The translations under genes were made by a program, and so were the position numbers. Source: an uncultured Methanosarcinales archaeon (lineage in GTDB: Archaea > Nanobdellota > Nanobdellia > Woesearchaeales > ARS49). Taken from it: a DNA stretch of 64,000 nucleotides. The stretch covers positions 3,525-67,524 of the forward strand of contig CAZCCU010000002.1 in assembly GCA_964497645.1 (NCBI GenBank), written 5' to 3'. Of this stretch, positions 17,116 to 27,001 are shown piece by piece. Each line of letters starts with the position of its first letter. The stretch's first letter is position 1. The notes under the pieces were generated by a model. It was not told where the DNA came from. It worked only from the letters and a program-made list of their open reading frames with translations, and did no database searches.

Positions 17116-17682
17116 ATGGGACTCTATAAACACTTAGTCAACAGATGGCAGGAAGACGGCATGCCAGCCGATTTGAAACGAGCGCGCTTGATAGCATGGA
17201 GACGCGAATCTGCAACAACCCGTTTAGAGCACCCGACAAGACTTGACCGAGCACGCGCACTAGGCTACCGCGCAAAGCAAGGCATATTCATTGTCAGACA
17301 ACGCCTCACCAGAGGCTCGCACAGACGAGAAGACTGGAGCGGAGGCAGGCACTCGCACAACATGGGCGCGCGCTTAAACCTGCACAAAAACTACCAAGCA
17401 ATCGCAGAAGTAAGAGCCAACAAGGCATATCCAAATTGTGAAGTTCTTAATTCATACTACGTCACAGAAGACGGCAAAAACTACTGGTATGAGATAATAC
17501 TAGCAGACAGAGCACACCCAAGTGTTCTAGCAGACAAAAGAACAGCATGGATCGGCAAGATACACGGAAGAGCCTTCCGCGGAATCACCAGCGCAGGCAG
17601 AAAGCACCGCGGACTTCGACATAAGGGCAAGGGTGTAGAGAAAGCACGCCCATCGCGCAGAGCACACAAACGAAGCTTGTAA
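17116..17682 (+). CDS. rpl15e: Ribosomal protein L15e
   Basis: LGYRAKQG, HRREDWSGGRH, RVLNSYYV-like NCEVLNSYYV and TSAGRKHRGL match the L15e family throughout. Confidence 0.9.
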   Translation: MGLYKHLVNRWQEDGMPADLKRARLIAWRRESATTRLEHPTRLDRARALGYRAKQGIFIVRQRLTRGSHRREDWSGGRHSHNMGARLNLHKNYQAIAEVRANKAYPNCEVLNSYYVTEDGKNYWYEIILADRAHPSVLADKRTAWIGKIHGRAFRGITSAGRKHRGLRHKGKGVEKARPSRRAHKRSL

Positions 17683-17703
17683 TCACATAATGAGGTGGTT
17701 TAG

Positions 17704-17895
17704 TTGCCAAAAAAGAAAGAAGTCAAGACAGAAGAATACGACAAAGAAGAAGAAGAAGTAGTAGAAAAACCAGTAGAGGAAGACGATCCAGTTGTTGACA
17801 GCAACGAAGACGCAGAATACGAAGAAGACCTTGAAGTTTCTGATGGGAAAGAAGAAGACGTAGAAGAATCAGCAGAAAATTGGACAGACGAATAA
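17704..17895 (+). CDS. Small highly acidic protein
   Basis: It starts at a TTG with a GAGGTG Shine-Dalgarno sequence 6-8 nt upstream. The 63 residues are dominated by Glu/Asp after an MPKKKEVK head. Confidence 0.4.
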   Translation: MPKKKEVKTEEYDKEEEEVVEKPVEEDDPVVDSNEDAEYEEDLEVSDGKEEDVEESAENWTDE

Positions 17896-17938
17896 ATTTT
17901 TCTAAAATTATTTAAAGTGCGCCTGTTTTTTTGTCCAT

Positions 17939-18352
17939 ATGATTCGTCTTTACGGGAGCGATACGCTTTTCATAATCACAGGCTGGTTCTACAATGAACA
18001 AGATGGTCACAATAGCGGCAATTTTCCATTTGGCGGTCATTTTAATCTTGATTCTGAAAAACGTCTTGAAGGCAGGCTGTCTGACGACGGCGGCGCCTCG
18101 CGCATAAACGGCACGATGACACGCGGCGTACTTGAGTTTGAGAAAACATATGAGCCTAAAGGGATTCACAAAAAACGGACATATTATTACAAATTCGAGA
18201 AAAAAAGCGGAATCTGGGTGGGAGGCTGGTTCACTCGAAAGATAGAGACCACCTACCTTGACAATAATCCTTCCCTGCAGGCGCGCTGCCAGACACTGCG
18301 TGCTTGGGATGCTTACCGCGCGATGAATAAACTACGCCTTGATAAAAGATAA
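17939..18352 (+). CDS. Hypothetical protein
   Basis: It is a 137-aa ORF with no recognised motif. Confidence 0.35.
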   Translation: MIRLYGSDTLFIITGWFYNEQDGHNSGNFPFGGHFNLDSEKRLEGRLSDDGGASRINGTMTRGVLEFEKTYEPKGIHKKRTYYYKFEKKSGIWVGGWFTRKIETTYLDNNPSLQARCQTLRAWDAYRAMNKLRLDKR

Positions 18353-18440
18353 AACTGCTGCCCCATATTATTACGCTTCTATAATATAGTCTCTTCAAGT
18401 TGATTTGGTTACTACTGCCCAGTGCTAATTAATAGAAACC

Positions 18441-18448
18441 TTTATATA
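18441..18448 (+). promoter_or_regulatory. Archaeal TATA-box-like element upstream of the lipoprotein gene
   Basis: TTTATATA lies about 40 nt upstream of the ATG at 18487. Confidence 0.3.
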
Positions 18449-18486
18449 TTGGTATGTGTTTTACTCCTCTTCGGGGGTATCAAAAC

Positions 18487-19980
18487 ATGCTTAATGACAA
18501 CAACACCCAGTCAAAATCACCTTCAACACTCGAATCACTATTAGATTTCTTCAGACTTAAAGCAGTTCCAGTTGTCGCAGCAGTCGCAGCAATTACAGGA
18601 TGCAGTGCAACAGGCACAAACGAGGCATCAGATGAAGCCAAGGGCCGTCTCGACACAAGAATTCTTCCAAAAGAATACAGCGTTAAAGACGCAAATCAAG
18701 TTAATGAAGCACTTGACAAACAAATCAAGATCGACACAGATTCTGCAAAAAGCTTAAGCCAATTCGAAGATGCACGCCTAAAAAACCTGAAAAAAATCGT
18801 AGACAAACTTCCAGGAACAAGCGCAGACGTCAAAGCATTCAACGAGTTAGAAAGACAAAACGAATTATTGTATAATTTGTTCAAGACAACCGGAATCAAG
18901 CACGTACTTATCCGCGATTTGAAGCGCAACGTCGACGTTGGCTCACTTCAATTACCAGAACTTTCAAATGACCAGATTTCACAGGCAATGAGCTACCTTG
19001 CGCCACTGAAAGTATCACTTGACGCAAAAGACCTCAGCTATGATGCACGACAAAAGCTCAGCAAGCGATTTGGCAAAAATGCAGACTATATAAAAATGTC
19101 TGAGTACAACCAAATCCTGTTGACGCTGCTCGACCAAATGTCAGCAACCCAGGCAAAAATAAACCATCATGAATTCCAACTGAACCAAATCGCATCAGCA
19201 GAAGACCTTACGGTAAAGATCAACAAGTCAATTTCTGGCAGAAAAGTAAACGATGTAACGGTTGCCAATGACATGTACGAGCATGGCGAACAAGCGCTCG
19301 CAGCAATAAGACCTTTGCCGGTAACCGGGCGTATCTCAAAGGAAAGCCCACTGGGAGAAGAATACTCAGACTTCGGAAGCAAAACAATAGGCGCGTTGTA
19401 CGATGCTATAATGACCGCTGCAGAAAAAGAAGCAGCAGACTACGGCAGAGGCAGCAAGCACACAATCGGACAATTCCACTATTTCCACCTGAAATCAATC
19501 GGAGACCAACTGCACAAAGCAGGAATCTTGAGAGACGAAGACTGGATAGCACTTGAAAAAGTCATGACAAGAGACTTTGCCAGAAAAGTCGTTCACGCAC
19601 TTCCAGAAGAAGAAAGCGTCAAACTCCTGCCAACACTCGGCAAAGCAGTACCGCTCGTCGGATGGTACTTTGGCGGCAAGAGCTTAGTAAGACTATTGCA
19701 AAACACAACTTACTCCTCAGGATCAATCATGGGCATAGTCAAGGACGGCACGTACCAGCAATATGGAGCTGGCACAGGATACAACAGAAAGGACAACAAC
19801 GCACAAGACCTTGCTGATGTAATCTCAACCGGAACTTCAATGGTGATTTCTGGCATAGGAGCCTACTTAATCTATGATCATAACAGATCAAGCAGCAGCG
19901 ATAGTGGCAGCGGCGGAAGCTCATCCGGCCCTGCAGGACTCTTCGGCACAGAAATAGGAGGCCCGGGTACAGGACCATGA
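18487..19980 (+). CDS. Putative lipoprotein translationally coupled to the giant surface-protein gene
   Basis: AVPVVAAVAAITGCSATG is a lipobox-like signal. The tail is Gly/Ser-rich. Its stop overlaps the giant-gene ATG as ATGA. A TATA-like box at 18441-18448 favours the ATG at 18487 over the ATG at 18454. Confidence 0.55.
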   Translation: MLNDNNTQSKSPSTLESLLDFFRLKAVPVVAAVAAITGCSATGTNEASDEAKGRLDTRILPKEYSVKDANQVNEALDKQIKIDTDSAKSLSQFEDARLKNLKKIVDKLPGTSADVKAFNELERQNELLYNLFKTTGIKHVLIRDLKRNVDVGSLQLPELSNDQISQAMSYLAPLKVSLDAKDLSYDARQKLSKRFGKNADYIKMSEYNQILLTLLDQMSATQAKINHHEFQLNQIASAEDLTVKINKSISGRKVNDVTVANDMYEHGEQALAAIRPLPVTGRISKESPLGEEYSDFGSKTIGALYDAIMTAAEKEAADYGRGSKHTIGQFHYFHLKSIGDQLHKAGILRDEDWIALEKVMTRDFARKVVHALPEEESVKLLPTLGKAVPLVGWYFGGKSLVRLLQNTTYSSGSIMGIVKDGTYQQYGAGTGYNRKDNNAQDLADVISTGTSMVISGIGAYLIYDHNRSSSSDSGSGGSSSGPAGLFGTEIGGPGTGP

Positions 19981-22900
19981 TGAAAAAACTCTTACTAGCA
20001 TTACTTGTACTTTTAGCAATTCCAATAGTCCACGCAGCAGCTGACGTCACGTACAATTTCAACCAGAACAACGTCAACGCATCAGTTTACAACTGCCTTG
20101 ACTCAGCATGCAACCAAGTCGGCACGTTCGGCGGAAGCATAAGAGACGGTCCAAACGTCACAGACGGAACACTCACAATCAGATATCCAGATACTCTAAA
20201 CACGCACGGATACGGCGCATTCTTCGTAAGCAAAGGATACAGACCATTAGAAATCAGAGCAACTTGGCATACAAACGGAAACACCGGAATCGCCAGCACA
20301 TCAGTCAACTACGAATTCACCAAATACCCGATCACCTGCCGTGCAGTCGTATCACAATTAACATTCGTAAACGAATTACAACCGAACGTACCATTAGTGG
20401 TTAACATGTCTGCAAAACTTGACGCCCAGACAGCAAGCGCATTCCAATTAACCAACAACGAAGTCGGCTATGTGCCTCCAGAATTCAAGCAGGAATACTA
20501 CGGTGCTGACACCATTGTCAAAATGGAAGTGCTCCAAAGCGGCTCAGTCGTACACAGCCAGCAGCAGGAATTCAGCGCAGTCAAAGGCAACTCACTGATC
20601 GCAGACAGCACAGTACCAGTGCAATTCACATACCTGCCAACATCAACAGGAAATTTCGCAGTAAAAGTCACAGCACAAGTCGTTGACGACCAGTGCGCGG
20701 CAACAGAAGACGTAAACGCGCAAGGAGCGTTCACAGTATTACAAGCACTGCCAACAAGCCAATTCTACACAATATTGAACGGTTTAACGATCAACAACAC
20801 GCACCCGCGAATCGGACAACCAGTACTAGTTTCATACAACAAGATAACAAACCACGCAGACGGCGTACTAGGACCATTAACACCAGTCCAGACAGACGTA
20901 GATTATATCGTAAAGAACGGCGCAACAACAATATTCAGCCATACTACAACCCTGTTCGAAAACCCAGACGCAGTCAACCCAGTAACATACTCATTCACGT
21001 TCAATCCAACATCAGCAGGCGTATATAATATAACAGTCAAAGGCAGAGCAAACTCGGCAATCCCGACCACGAACCCAGAAATAACAGACGAAGAAAGCCT
21101 GCTCCTTACAGTAATCGGCTCAATGTCATACAAAGTAGCATTTAACGTAAGAAACGCAGACAACGGAACGCCAATAGAAAACGCAAGCGTTTCACTCTCA
21201 GGAATTGGAACAAACGCGACAAACGCAAATGGAACAATAAGCTTCTCACCAGTTCCAGAAGGAATGTACACTTACACGATAACAGCCCAAGGATTCGGAA
21301 CAAAGAACGACAAAGTAAGCGTCACCACAGACAAAACAATATCAGTTTCACTGCACTCAGGCGCAAACGAAAGCGACGCGAACACAGCACCATTCATGAA
21401 CCTTCCAAACCAGATTGAAGTAGAAACAGACTCATACGCACGATTCAACTACCACGACTACGTCCAAGACGACCAGGACTCAGACAGCTCACTCGTATTG
21501 AGCGTTGTCAGCGGAGACGACGACATTACAGTCAACATCAACCAATTAACAGGCGTTGTAACATTGACTCCAGAACCAAGCTTCAGCGGAAGCAACACAA
21601 TCCGGTTCAGAGTGACTGACACTCAAAACGCATCAGAAACAGACAGCATCACAGTCACTGTTGACGCGACCGCAGTCGCGCCAGTCTGGGCAACAGTCTC
21701 AGACATTGAAACAGATGAAGACACGGCAGCAGTACGCGTATTGAACTTAAGAGAATTTGTTTCAGACGCAGACACGCCAGTCGCAAACCTTGTCTTCAGC
21801 GTTGTCGGAGTTGTGCCAAGCACGCTAGCAACAGCACAAATCGACAACGGCCAATATTTGACAGTATATCCAAAGCCAGACGCAAACGACTTTGGAACAA
21901 TCAACGTCACAGTATCAGACGGCACAACAAGCGTTGAAACAAGCATAGACTTGGACGTAACACCAGTCAACGATGCGCCAGTAGTCATTGCTGTTCCAAG
22001 AATACCAAACATCAACGAAAGCACAAACTACACGCTGAACTTATCACAAGTATTCAGAGACGTAGACGGAGACCCATTATACTTCAACGTCACAGAAACA
22101 ATGAATGTAGGCTTTGCAATCAGCAACTCAGCACAACAGATGACAATACTTCCGGAATTCAACGTCACCGGCACAAGAACATTCAACGTCACAGCAACAG
22201 ACCCAAGCGGTCTGAACGCAACAGCAACATTCACACTCTACCTGAACTTTGTAGACGACTCACCATTCTTCACACAAGTCATACCAGGCATATTAACATT
22301 TGAAGAAACACCAAACTCAAGAGACCTGTCTCCATACGAAGATGACCCAGAAGACGGACCAGGCGCAAACGGAAACACACTCACATGGAAGATGCAACTG
22401 GCAAACCAGAGCAACGTCACACCTGTAACTTTCATCAGCCATCCAATATTCAACGCATCAATAAACACAACTACAGACTTCTTCCTAGTATTGCCAAAAG
22501 CAAACCAGACAGGAATCGTAGAAATGACACTGTACTTGTTCGACAGCACAGGAAAGAACGTATCACAAAACATAACAATCAACATCACAAACGTCAACGA
22601 CGCGCCAGTATTCGTAAACTTGAGCAACCAAGTCGTAGAAGCTGGAACAGCATTTGTCTATGACGTAAACGCAACAGACTCAGACCCAACAAATGATACA
22701 CTTGCGTTCAGCTTGAACAACGTCACGCCATCACTTTCAGGATTCAGCATCGACAGCGCAACAGGCATGATCAACTACACTCCAATGGTTAACGGAGCAT
22801 TCAACGTATCATTGCAAGTATGCGACAACTTCAGCGCGTGCACCAACGGAACGTTCGCTTTAACTGTTACAGACATCACAGCACCAGTACCAGACGGCCA

Positions 22901-25900
22901 GATAACGCCTCTAAACCCAAGCGTATACGCACCAAACGCAAGCTACACCTGGGGAATCAACTGGTCAGACAACGGAAACATAACAAACGTAACATTCCAG
23001 CTAGGAAACACGAACTTCACAAACGTAACACAAACCGGAAGCTTCTACCAGACAACACTACTTGACCTTGCCGCAGGAAATTACACATTCGCATGGTTCG
23101 CAAGAGACGGCGCAAACAACGTCAACATGAGCAATTCAAGCAATTTCACAATCCTGAAAGCAAACAGCACAATGGACCTATTGCTTAACGGAACAGCAGG
23201 AAACATAACAGTACCACAAACAAGCAATGTTACAGTGATGGCAAACATCACAAACACCACAGGAACTGTTTCAATATTCAGAGACGGCAACCTTGTAGGA
23301 ACAGGCGCAGCGCCATTGTCAATCAATCAATCATTCCCAGACCAAGGAACGTTCAATATCACCTCAAGCTTTGCAGGAGATCAGAATTACACAGGAACTT
23401 CAGCCACGCACTTCGTAATAGTGCCAGACACGACTCCGCCAGTATTTGGCACACAAACAGTAAGCCCAGCATCACCAGCAATGTTCACATCATTATACAA
23501 CTTTAAAGTAAGCGTGACAGACAACGTTGGAGTAGCAAACGTCACACTTGAATTAGACAATGCAACAAACAGCACAGCTTCACAGATAGGCAACACCAGC
23601 ACATGGGAAGCAAACCTGACATTCATATCGGTTGGCAACCACAGCTTCAAATGGTTCGCAAACGACTCAGCAGGCAACCAGAATTCAACTGCCATAAGCA
23701 ACTACACAGTCACACCAGGAATCGCAGCACTCACATTGACGATAAACGGAGTAGCAGGCAACACGAACGCGCAAGTAAGCGATTCAGTCACATTTGTCGC
23801 AAACGTAACAAACCCAGCAGGCGGACCAGTACAATTGTACATCAATGGAACGCTTGCATCAAGCGGAGCCTCACCTTTAACACACGTCACAAGCTTCGCA
23901 AGCACCGGAACAATGCCGATATTGGCACTATTCCCAGGCGATGCAAACGTAGCAACTGGAAACATCACAAGAACCCTCACGATAACACCAATTGTAACAT
24001 CAGCAAACATAACGCCAGCAAGCGGAGCATCATTGAACTACAGCACATTCCTCATCGCGCTTGACACAAATGGCGCGACAACCTGCAAGTGGAGTTTCAC
24101 AGACGTAGCACAAGGAAGCATGACAAACAGCTTCACCACAGCAAACGGTCTGCAACACACAGCAAACGTCACAGGCTACTTGCTAGGACCATTCAGCGTC
24201 TCAGTAGCATGCAACGGGCAGAGCGCAATCACAAACACAGACTTGAGCTACACAGCACAGAACTTCCTAGACGGAAGCACACTAAACGGCCTGAACAACA
24301 TAAACAACAGCATATTCACACAAGGAATATCAAACGTCTCAACAGTACTGAACAGCAACATAACCACGAGCGAGTCAACAAACAGCGCACTTACGAACGT
24401 TACAGCAATAAACTCAGAATTCATTGATTCAACCCTGACAAACTGCGTCGTGACAAACAGCATAGTCAAAGACATCATAGCAACAGGATGCACGTTCACA
24501 GACAGCTTTGTAGACCCAAGCAACCTGACAGGAAGCACTATAATATCAAGCAACACTATTGACAGCAACGTAACATTCTCAAACGTAACAGACAGCACGA
24601 TAGTGAACGCAAACGTCAACAACAGCAACGTAATGGACAATTCGGTAATACATGTTGGAATCAACAATGTTGAAAGCAGCAACCTTTCAAACGTTCACAT
24701 GCACAATTCAAATGTCACAAATTCAGCACTTACAGACGTATTTATGGATTTGACAGTTGTTACAAACTCAGTCATCGACTCCGCAGATTTCATATACAAT
24801 TCAACAATAACCGACTCAACGCTAGTAGATGTCCTTACGATAAGAAACTCAATCATCACAAACTCTTATGTTGAAGATTCAAGCCTATTCGATGTCACAG
24901 TAATAGACGCGAACATCACCAGCGGAGTCATATACAGTGGTGTAATAATCTCTCACTTGATTAACCTGACATACAACGCAACTCAAGACGGACCATCAAA
25001 CCTGACCAATTTTGTAAACTATGCGCCTTTTGTTTTAATGACGATAAGCCCAACCAGCGGAATCAGAGTTGGAACAACTGTAACTTTCACAGCAAACGCG
25101 TCAGACGTAAACATTGGCACACTGCTTAACGATTCAATCGTAAGATACGAATTTTACTTGATTGACGATAACACTCCTACAATAACTGTCAATACCTCAA
25201 ACACATCTGTAAGCGTCACACACGCATACAATGCAACAGGAACATACTTCCCATTCGTATTAGTTTATGATTCATTCGGAGAAGTCGGAGGCTTTGGTGA
25301 TACGGTAAACGTCTCAGCAGCACCAAGTTCAGGAGGCGGCGGAGGCGGTGGCGGTGGAGGCGGTGGAGGAGGCGGTGGTGGAGGCGGCGGAAGCAACATA
25401 CCACGCATAGCACTCACAGACACACCTGTCACAAGAATAGTCTACCAAGGACAGCCATTGCAGTTCAGCATCGAAGGCAAATTACAGCCATTGAGCGTCA
25501 CACTGCGAAGAGTGGTTATCAGCGGAAACGGTTCAACAGAATGGATGTCAAACGGAGCCCAATCAACAGTAATGACAGGCGAGCACATGCTCTTCGACCT
25601 TACAAGAGATAATATTCCAGAACTAGACCTAGAAGTTTTGAGCGTCAGCAGAGGCAGCACAACAATAAGCATGAAACTAGCAAGCGCACCAAGCGTTACA
25701 ACAATGCCTCCATTGCCAGTATTCAACTTCACACCAGTACGAGAGCAGCAACCGCCAGTGGTTCCACCACCAGCAGTTGTTCCAGTAGTACCAGTAGTAG
25801 AAGAGGAAGAAGTTGAAGTCAAAGCAGAAGTCAAGCAAGGCTTCTGGCAGAAACTCAAGGACATGTTCACAATCAAGCTCTCAGCAAAATCAGCAGCTGT

Positions 25901-25979
25901 GCGAATAGGCATAGTTATTGCAGTTGTTGTAATCGGCTTGATAGCGTACGCATTCTTCGTGCGCTGGGAATCATTTTAG
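19977..25979 (+). CDS. Giant (2000 aa) type-I membrane-anchored surface protein or adhesin
   Basis: The signal peptide reads MMKKLLLALLVLLAIPIVHAAADV. Repeated Ig/cadherin-like modules end in VNDAPV. A pentapeptide-like periodic segment follows, then a run of about 20 Gly, a Pro/Val linker PPVVPPPAVVPVVPVVEEEE, and a C-terminal TM helix IGIVIAVVVIGLIAYAFFV. Sequons are extremely frequent. Confidence 0.8.
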   Translation: MMKKLLLALLVLLAIPIVHAAADVTYNFNQNNVNASVYNCLDSACNQVGTFGGSIRDGPNVTDGTLTIRYPDTLNTHGYGAFFVSKGYRPLEIRATWHTNGNTGIASTSVNYEFTKYPITCRAVVSQLTFVNELQPNVPLVVNMSAKLDAQTASAFQLTNNEVGYVPPEFKQEYYGADTIVKMEVLQSGSVVHSQQQEFSAVKGNSLIADSTVPVQFTYLPTSTGNFAVKVTAQVVDDQCAATEDVNAQGAFTVLQALPTSQFYTILNGLTINNTHPRIGQPVLVSYNKITNHADGVLGPLTPVQTDVDYIVKNGATTIFSHTTTLFENPDAVNPVTYSFTFNPTSAGVYNITVKGRANSAIPTTNPEITDEESLLLTVIGSMSYKVAFNVRNADNGTPIENASVSLSGIGTNATNANGTISFSPVPEGMYTYTITAQGFGTKNDKVSVTTDKTISVSLHSGANESDANTAPFMNLPNQIEVETDSYARFNYHDYVQDDQDSDSSLVLSVVSGDDDITVNINQLTGVVTLTPEPSFSGSNTIRFRVTDTQNASETDSITVTVDATAVAPVWATVSDIETDEDTAAVRVLNLREFVSDADTPVANLVFSVVGVVPSTLATAQIDNGQYLTVYPKPDANDFGTINVTVSDGTTSVETSIDLDVTPVNDAPVVIAVPRIPNINESTNYTLNLSQVFRDVDGDPLYFNVTETMNVGFAISNSAQQMTILPEFNVTGTRTFNVTATDPSGLNATATFTLYLNFVDDSPFFTQVIPGILTFEETPNSRDLSPYEDDPEDGPGANGNTLTWKMQLANQSNVTPVTFISHPIFNASINTTTDFFLVLPKANQTGIVEMTLYLFDSTGKNVSQNITINITNVNDAPVFVNLSNQVVEAGTAFVYDVNATDSDPTNDTLAFSLNNVTPSLSGFSIDSATGMINYTPMVNGAFNVSLQVCDNFSACTNGTFALTVTDITAPVPDGQITPLNPSVYAPNASYTWGINWSDNGNITNVTFQLGNTNFTNVTQTGSFYQTTLLDLAAGNYTFAWFARDGANNVNMSNSSNFTILKANSTMDLLLNGTAGNITVPQTSNVTVMANITNTTGTVSIFRDGNLVGTGAAPLSINQSFPDQGTFNITSSFAGDQNYTGTSATHFVIVPDTTPPVFGTQTVSPASPAMFTSLYNFKVSVTDNVGVANVTLELDNATNSTASQIGNTSTWEANLTFISVGNHSFKWFANDSAGNQNSTAISNYTVTPGIAALTLTINGVAGNTNAQVSDSVTFVANVTNPAGGPVQLYINGTLASSGASPLTHVTSFASTGTMPILALFPGDANVATGNITRTLTITPIVTSANITPASGASLNYSTFLIALDTNGATTCKWSFTDVAQGSMTNSFTTANGLQHTANVTGYLLGPFSVSVACNGQSAITNTDLSYTAQNFLDGSTLNGLNNINNSIFTQGISNVSTVLNSNITTSESTNSALTNVTAINSEFIDSTLTNCVVTNSIVKDIIATGCTFTDSFVDPSNLTGSTIISSNTIDSNVTFSNVTDSTIVNANVNNSNVMDNSVIHVGINNVESSNLSNVHMHNSNVTNSALTDVFMDLTVVTNSVIDSADFIYNSTITDSTLVDVLTIRNSIITNSYVEDSSLFDVTVIDANITSGVIYSGVIISHLINLTYNATQDGPSNLTNFVNYAPFVLMTISPTSGIRVGTTVTFTANASDVNIGTLLNDSIVRYEFYLIDDNTPTITVNTSNTSVSVTHAYNATGTYFPFVLVYDSFGEVGGFGDTVNVSAAPSSGGGGGGGGGGGGGGGGGGGGSNIPRIALTDTPVTRIVYQGQPLQFSIEGKLQPLSVTLRRVVISGNGSTEWMSNGAQSTVMTGEHMLFDLTRDNIPELDLEVLSVSRGSTTISMKLASAPSVTTMPPLPVFNFTPVREQQPPVVPPPAVVPVVPVVEEEEVEVKAEVKQGFWQKLKDMFTIKLSAKSAAVRIGIVIAVVVIGLIAYAFFVRWESF
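25332..25391 (+). repeat. (GGN)20 triplet tract encoding a run of about 20 glycines inside the giant surface-protein gene
   Basis: The sequence is ggaggcggcggaggcggtggcggtggaggcggtggaggaggcggtggtggaggcggcgga. Confidence 0.9.
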
Positions 25980-26032
25980 TTTTTCTTCTTAGAATTGCAA
26001 TTTATCTGTAGCTCTACGGCTTTATTTTTAGC

Positions 26033-26233
26033 TTATTCAGCAGTCTTGCGCAGCCAAATTGCCATCGCTGCTGATATCACTATGGCAACCCAACTCGGCC
26101 ATATAGCAATAGACCAGTTTCCAAACGTCACAGGCATATTGCCAATCACGCGCACCAAGTGCGCCAGAGCGACCAGCGCAAAAATAACTGCTGCCACGAT
26201 ATGAACTGTTGAATGATTGTTCTTCTTTGCCAT
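26033..26233 (-). CDS. Small two-helix membrane protein
   Basis: MAKKNNHSTVHIVAAVIFALVALAHLV...IAIWPSWVAIVISAAMAIWL is far more protein-like than the overlapping plus-strand ORF. Confidence 0.35.
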   Translation of the reverse strand: MAKKNNHSTVHIVAAVIFALVALAHLVRVIGNMPVTFGNWSIAIWPSWVAIVISAAMAIWLRKTAE

Positions 26234-26318
26234 AGAACGCATATTGATTTACTTATATAAATAAATATTGTATTAAATAGAACGAAAAGGTGAGTATTCT
26301 CTGCTGGTTGCTTTGTAT

Positions 26319-26828
26319 TTAGCTGACAGGAAAAAGCTCAACACCACTAGATTTTGCTATTGCTTTCAAATCTTTCCGTATTCGTTCATTTGCTTGGCGA
26401 GGGTCTCCTGGAACAACCCTTAAATCCGGGTTATCTGGCGCATAAAGTAATTTTGTTCTTGGTGTTACAACCATGCCAATAAAATCAGGATAGTGTCTCA
26501 ATTGGTCTTGATAACTTTTTATGTCTGCATCTGAAAAATGAGTTTCATAATAACTGCCGTGTTGACTGATAGTGCCTTGGCTGTGAGTGTGAAACTTCAC
26601 ATACTGGTAGTCTGGATTTTTCCTAAAGAATTCATTGGCTACTTTCATTTGTGAATCTTCCGCCACCACATGAGAAGTAGTTCCTATTCCTGTCGTAAGA
26701 ATAGCTTCGATCGGGCAATAATCCCCTTGACGTCTATACAGTAAGATGCCGTTTACTTCGTTAGTAAGTTGTGCCATTCTATCTAACGCACTGTTAAACC
26801 TTTTTGCTAGTAATACTTGTCTAGACAT
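26319..26828 (-). CDS. Possible MPN/JAB (JAMM or RadC-like) domain protein
   Basis: KFHTHSQG resembles the HNHPSG motif of RadC/JAB proteins. SDAD lies downstream and AED/EAIL Glu residues upstream. The HxH-to-SxxD spacing is longer than canonical, so the call is tentative. Confidence 0.45.
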   Translation of the reverse strand: MSRQVLLAKRFNSALDRMAQLTNEVNGILLYRRQGDYCPIEAILTTGIGTTSHVVAEDSQMKVANEFFRKNPDYQYVKFHTHSQGTISQHGSYYETHFSDADIKSYQDQLRHYPDFIGMVVTPRTKLLYAPDNPDLRVVPGDPRQANERIRKDLKAIAKSSGVELFPVS

Positions 26829-27001
26829 AAAGAATCAAACAATAATCCATTATTTAAATCTTTCCATTTTTACCACTCTTGAGTGTCTAAAGTTGCAGCA
26901 ATCTATCCAAGTCTTCCGCGGATTGTTCGCTTCTTTTTATTACTTCTTATCAGTGGTAAACTATGGGAAGCTTTTTATAAGTGAGTTCTTTACGTCTGTA
27001 T

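Noticed and set aside
20108-20404. Basic Arg/His/Lys-rich plus-strand ORFs inside the giant genes (also 20693-21028, 22385-22663, 22820-23065, 23603-24064, 24089-24427, 5684-5959, 14166-14504)
   Set aside because: They are out-of-frame readings of the AC/A-rich codons of the real long ORFs. Their low-complexity basic composition is typical of frame artefacts, and they are fully nested in strongly supported genes.
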